Shown here: positions 63,851-64,000 of the stretch, piece by piece
How positions within the stretch are numbered: the first letter of the stretch is position 1
Layout: the number at the start of each line of letters is the position of its first letter
DNA from: Octopus bimaculoides
Lineage: Eukaryota
Reading direction: 5' to 3'
DNA length: 64,000 nt
Assembly (NCBI RefSeq): GCF_001194135.2
Contig: NC_068983.1
Span: 120,446,633-120,510,632 of the forward strand
Made by a program: the position numbers and the translations under genes
Notes under the pieces: generated by a model
Database searches by the model: none
Told to the model about the DNA's origin: nothing
Seen by the model: the letters and a program-made list of their open reading frames with translations, nothing else

Positions 63851-64000
63851 CACACAAACATATACACACACATATACACATATATATACATTTTAAAAAA
63901 TAACGTCGACCACTAACGTGGACAGTTAATGCGCTAGAAATAGATCACATCTTGTGTCTATTAAGACCTAAATTGTTCTCAACATGAAATATAGCAGCAT

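Overview
AT-rich, repeat-dense eukaryotic draft assembly with about 10 N-gaps. The SINE, RTE and microsatellite landscape resembles an octopod cephalopod genome; this is inference, not verified. One protein-coding gene is fully reconstructable on the + strand: a BTB-BACK-Kelch (KLHL-type) protein with six coding exons (16889-17927, 31507-31696, 35998-36195, 39657-39757, 42446-42583, 45402-45595). All introns are GT-AG with consistent phases, giving a 1860-nt CDS of 619 aa. The rest is transposon relics (mariner x3, hAT, MULE, piggyBac, Helitron, two RTE-type LINE families), MITEs with target-site duplications, tRNA-derived SINEs, and mini/microsatellites. The most unusual signal is a set of minimal hammerhead-ribozyme-like motifs. 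A tRNA-headed SINE-like family (copies at ~3.0 kb, 28.6 kb and 28.9 kb) ends in a 46-nt type I hammerhead fold with a loop-less palindromic stem III. A second, unrelated family at 55.1 kb has the same architecture, and a weaker third motif lies at 15.2 kb. Also notable are a 226-bp spacer-free perfect palindrome, a foldback MITE and a CpG-depletion domain that tracks the gene body. None of the RNA activities has been tested.
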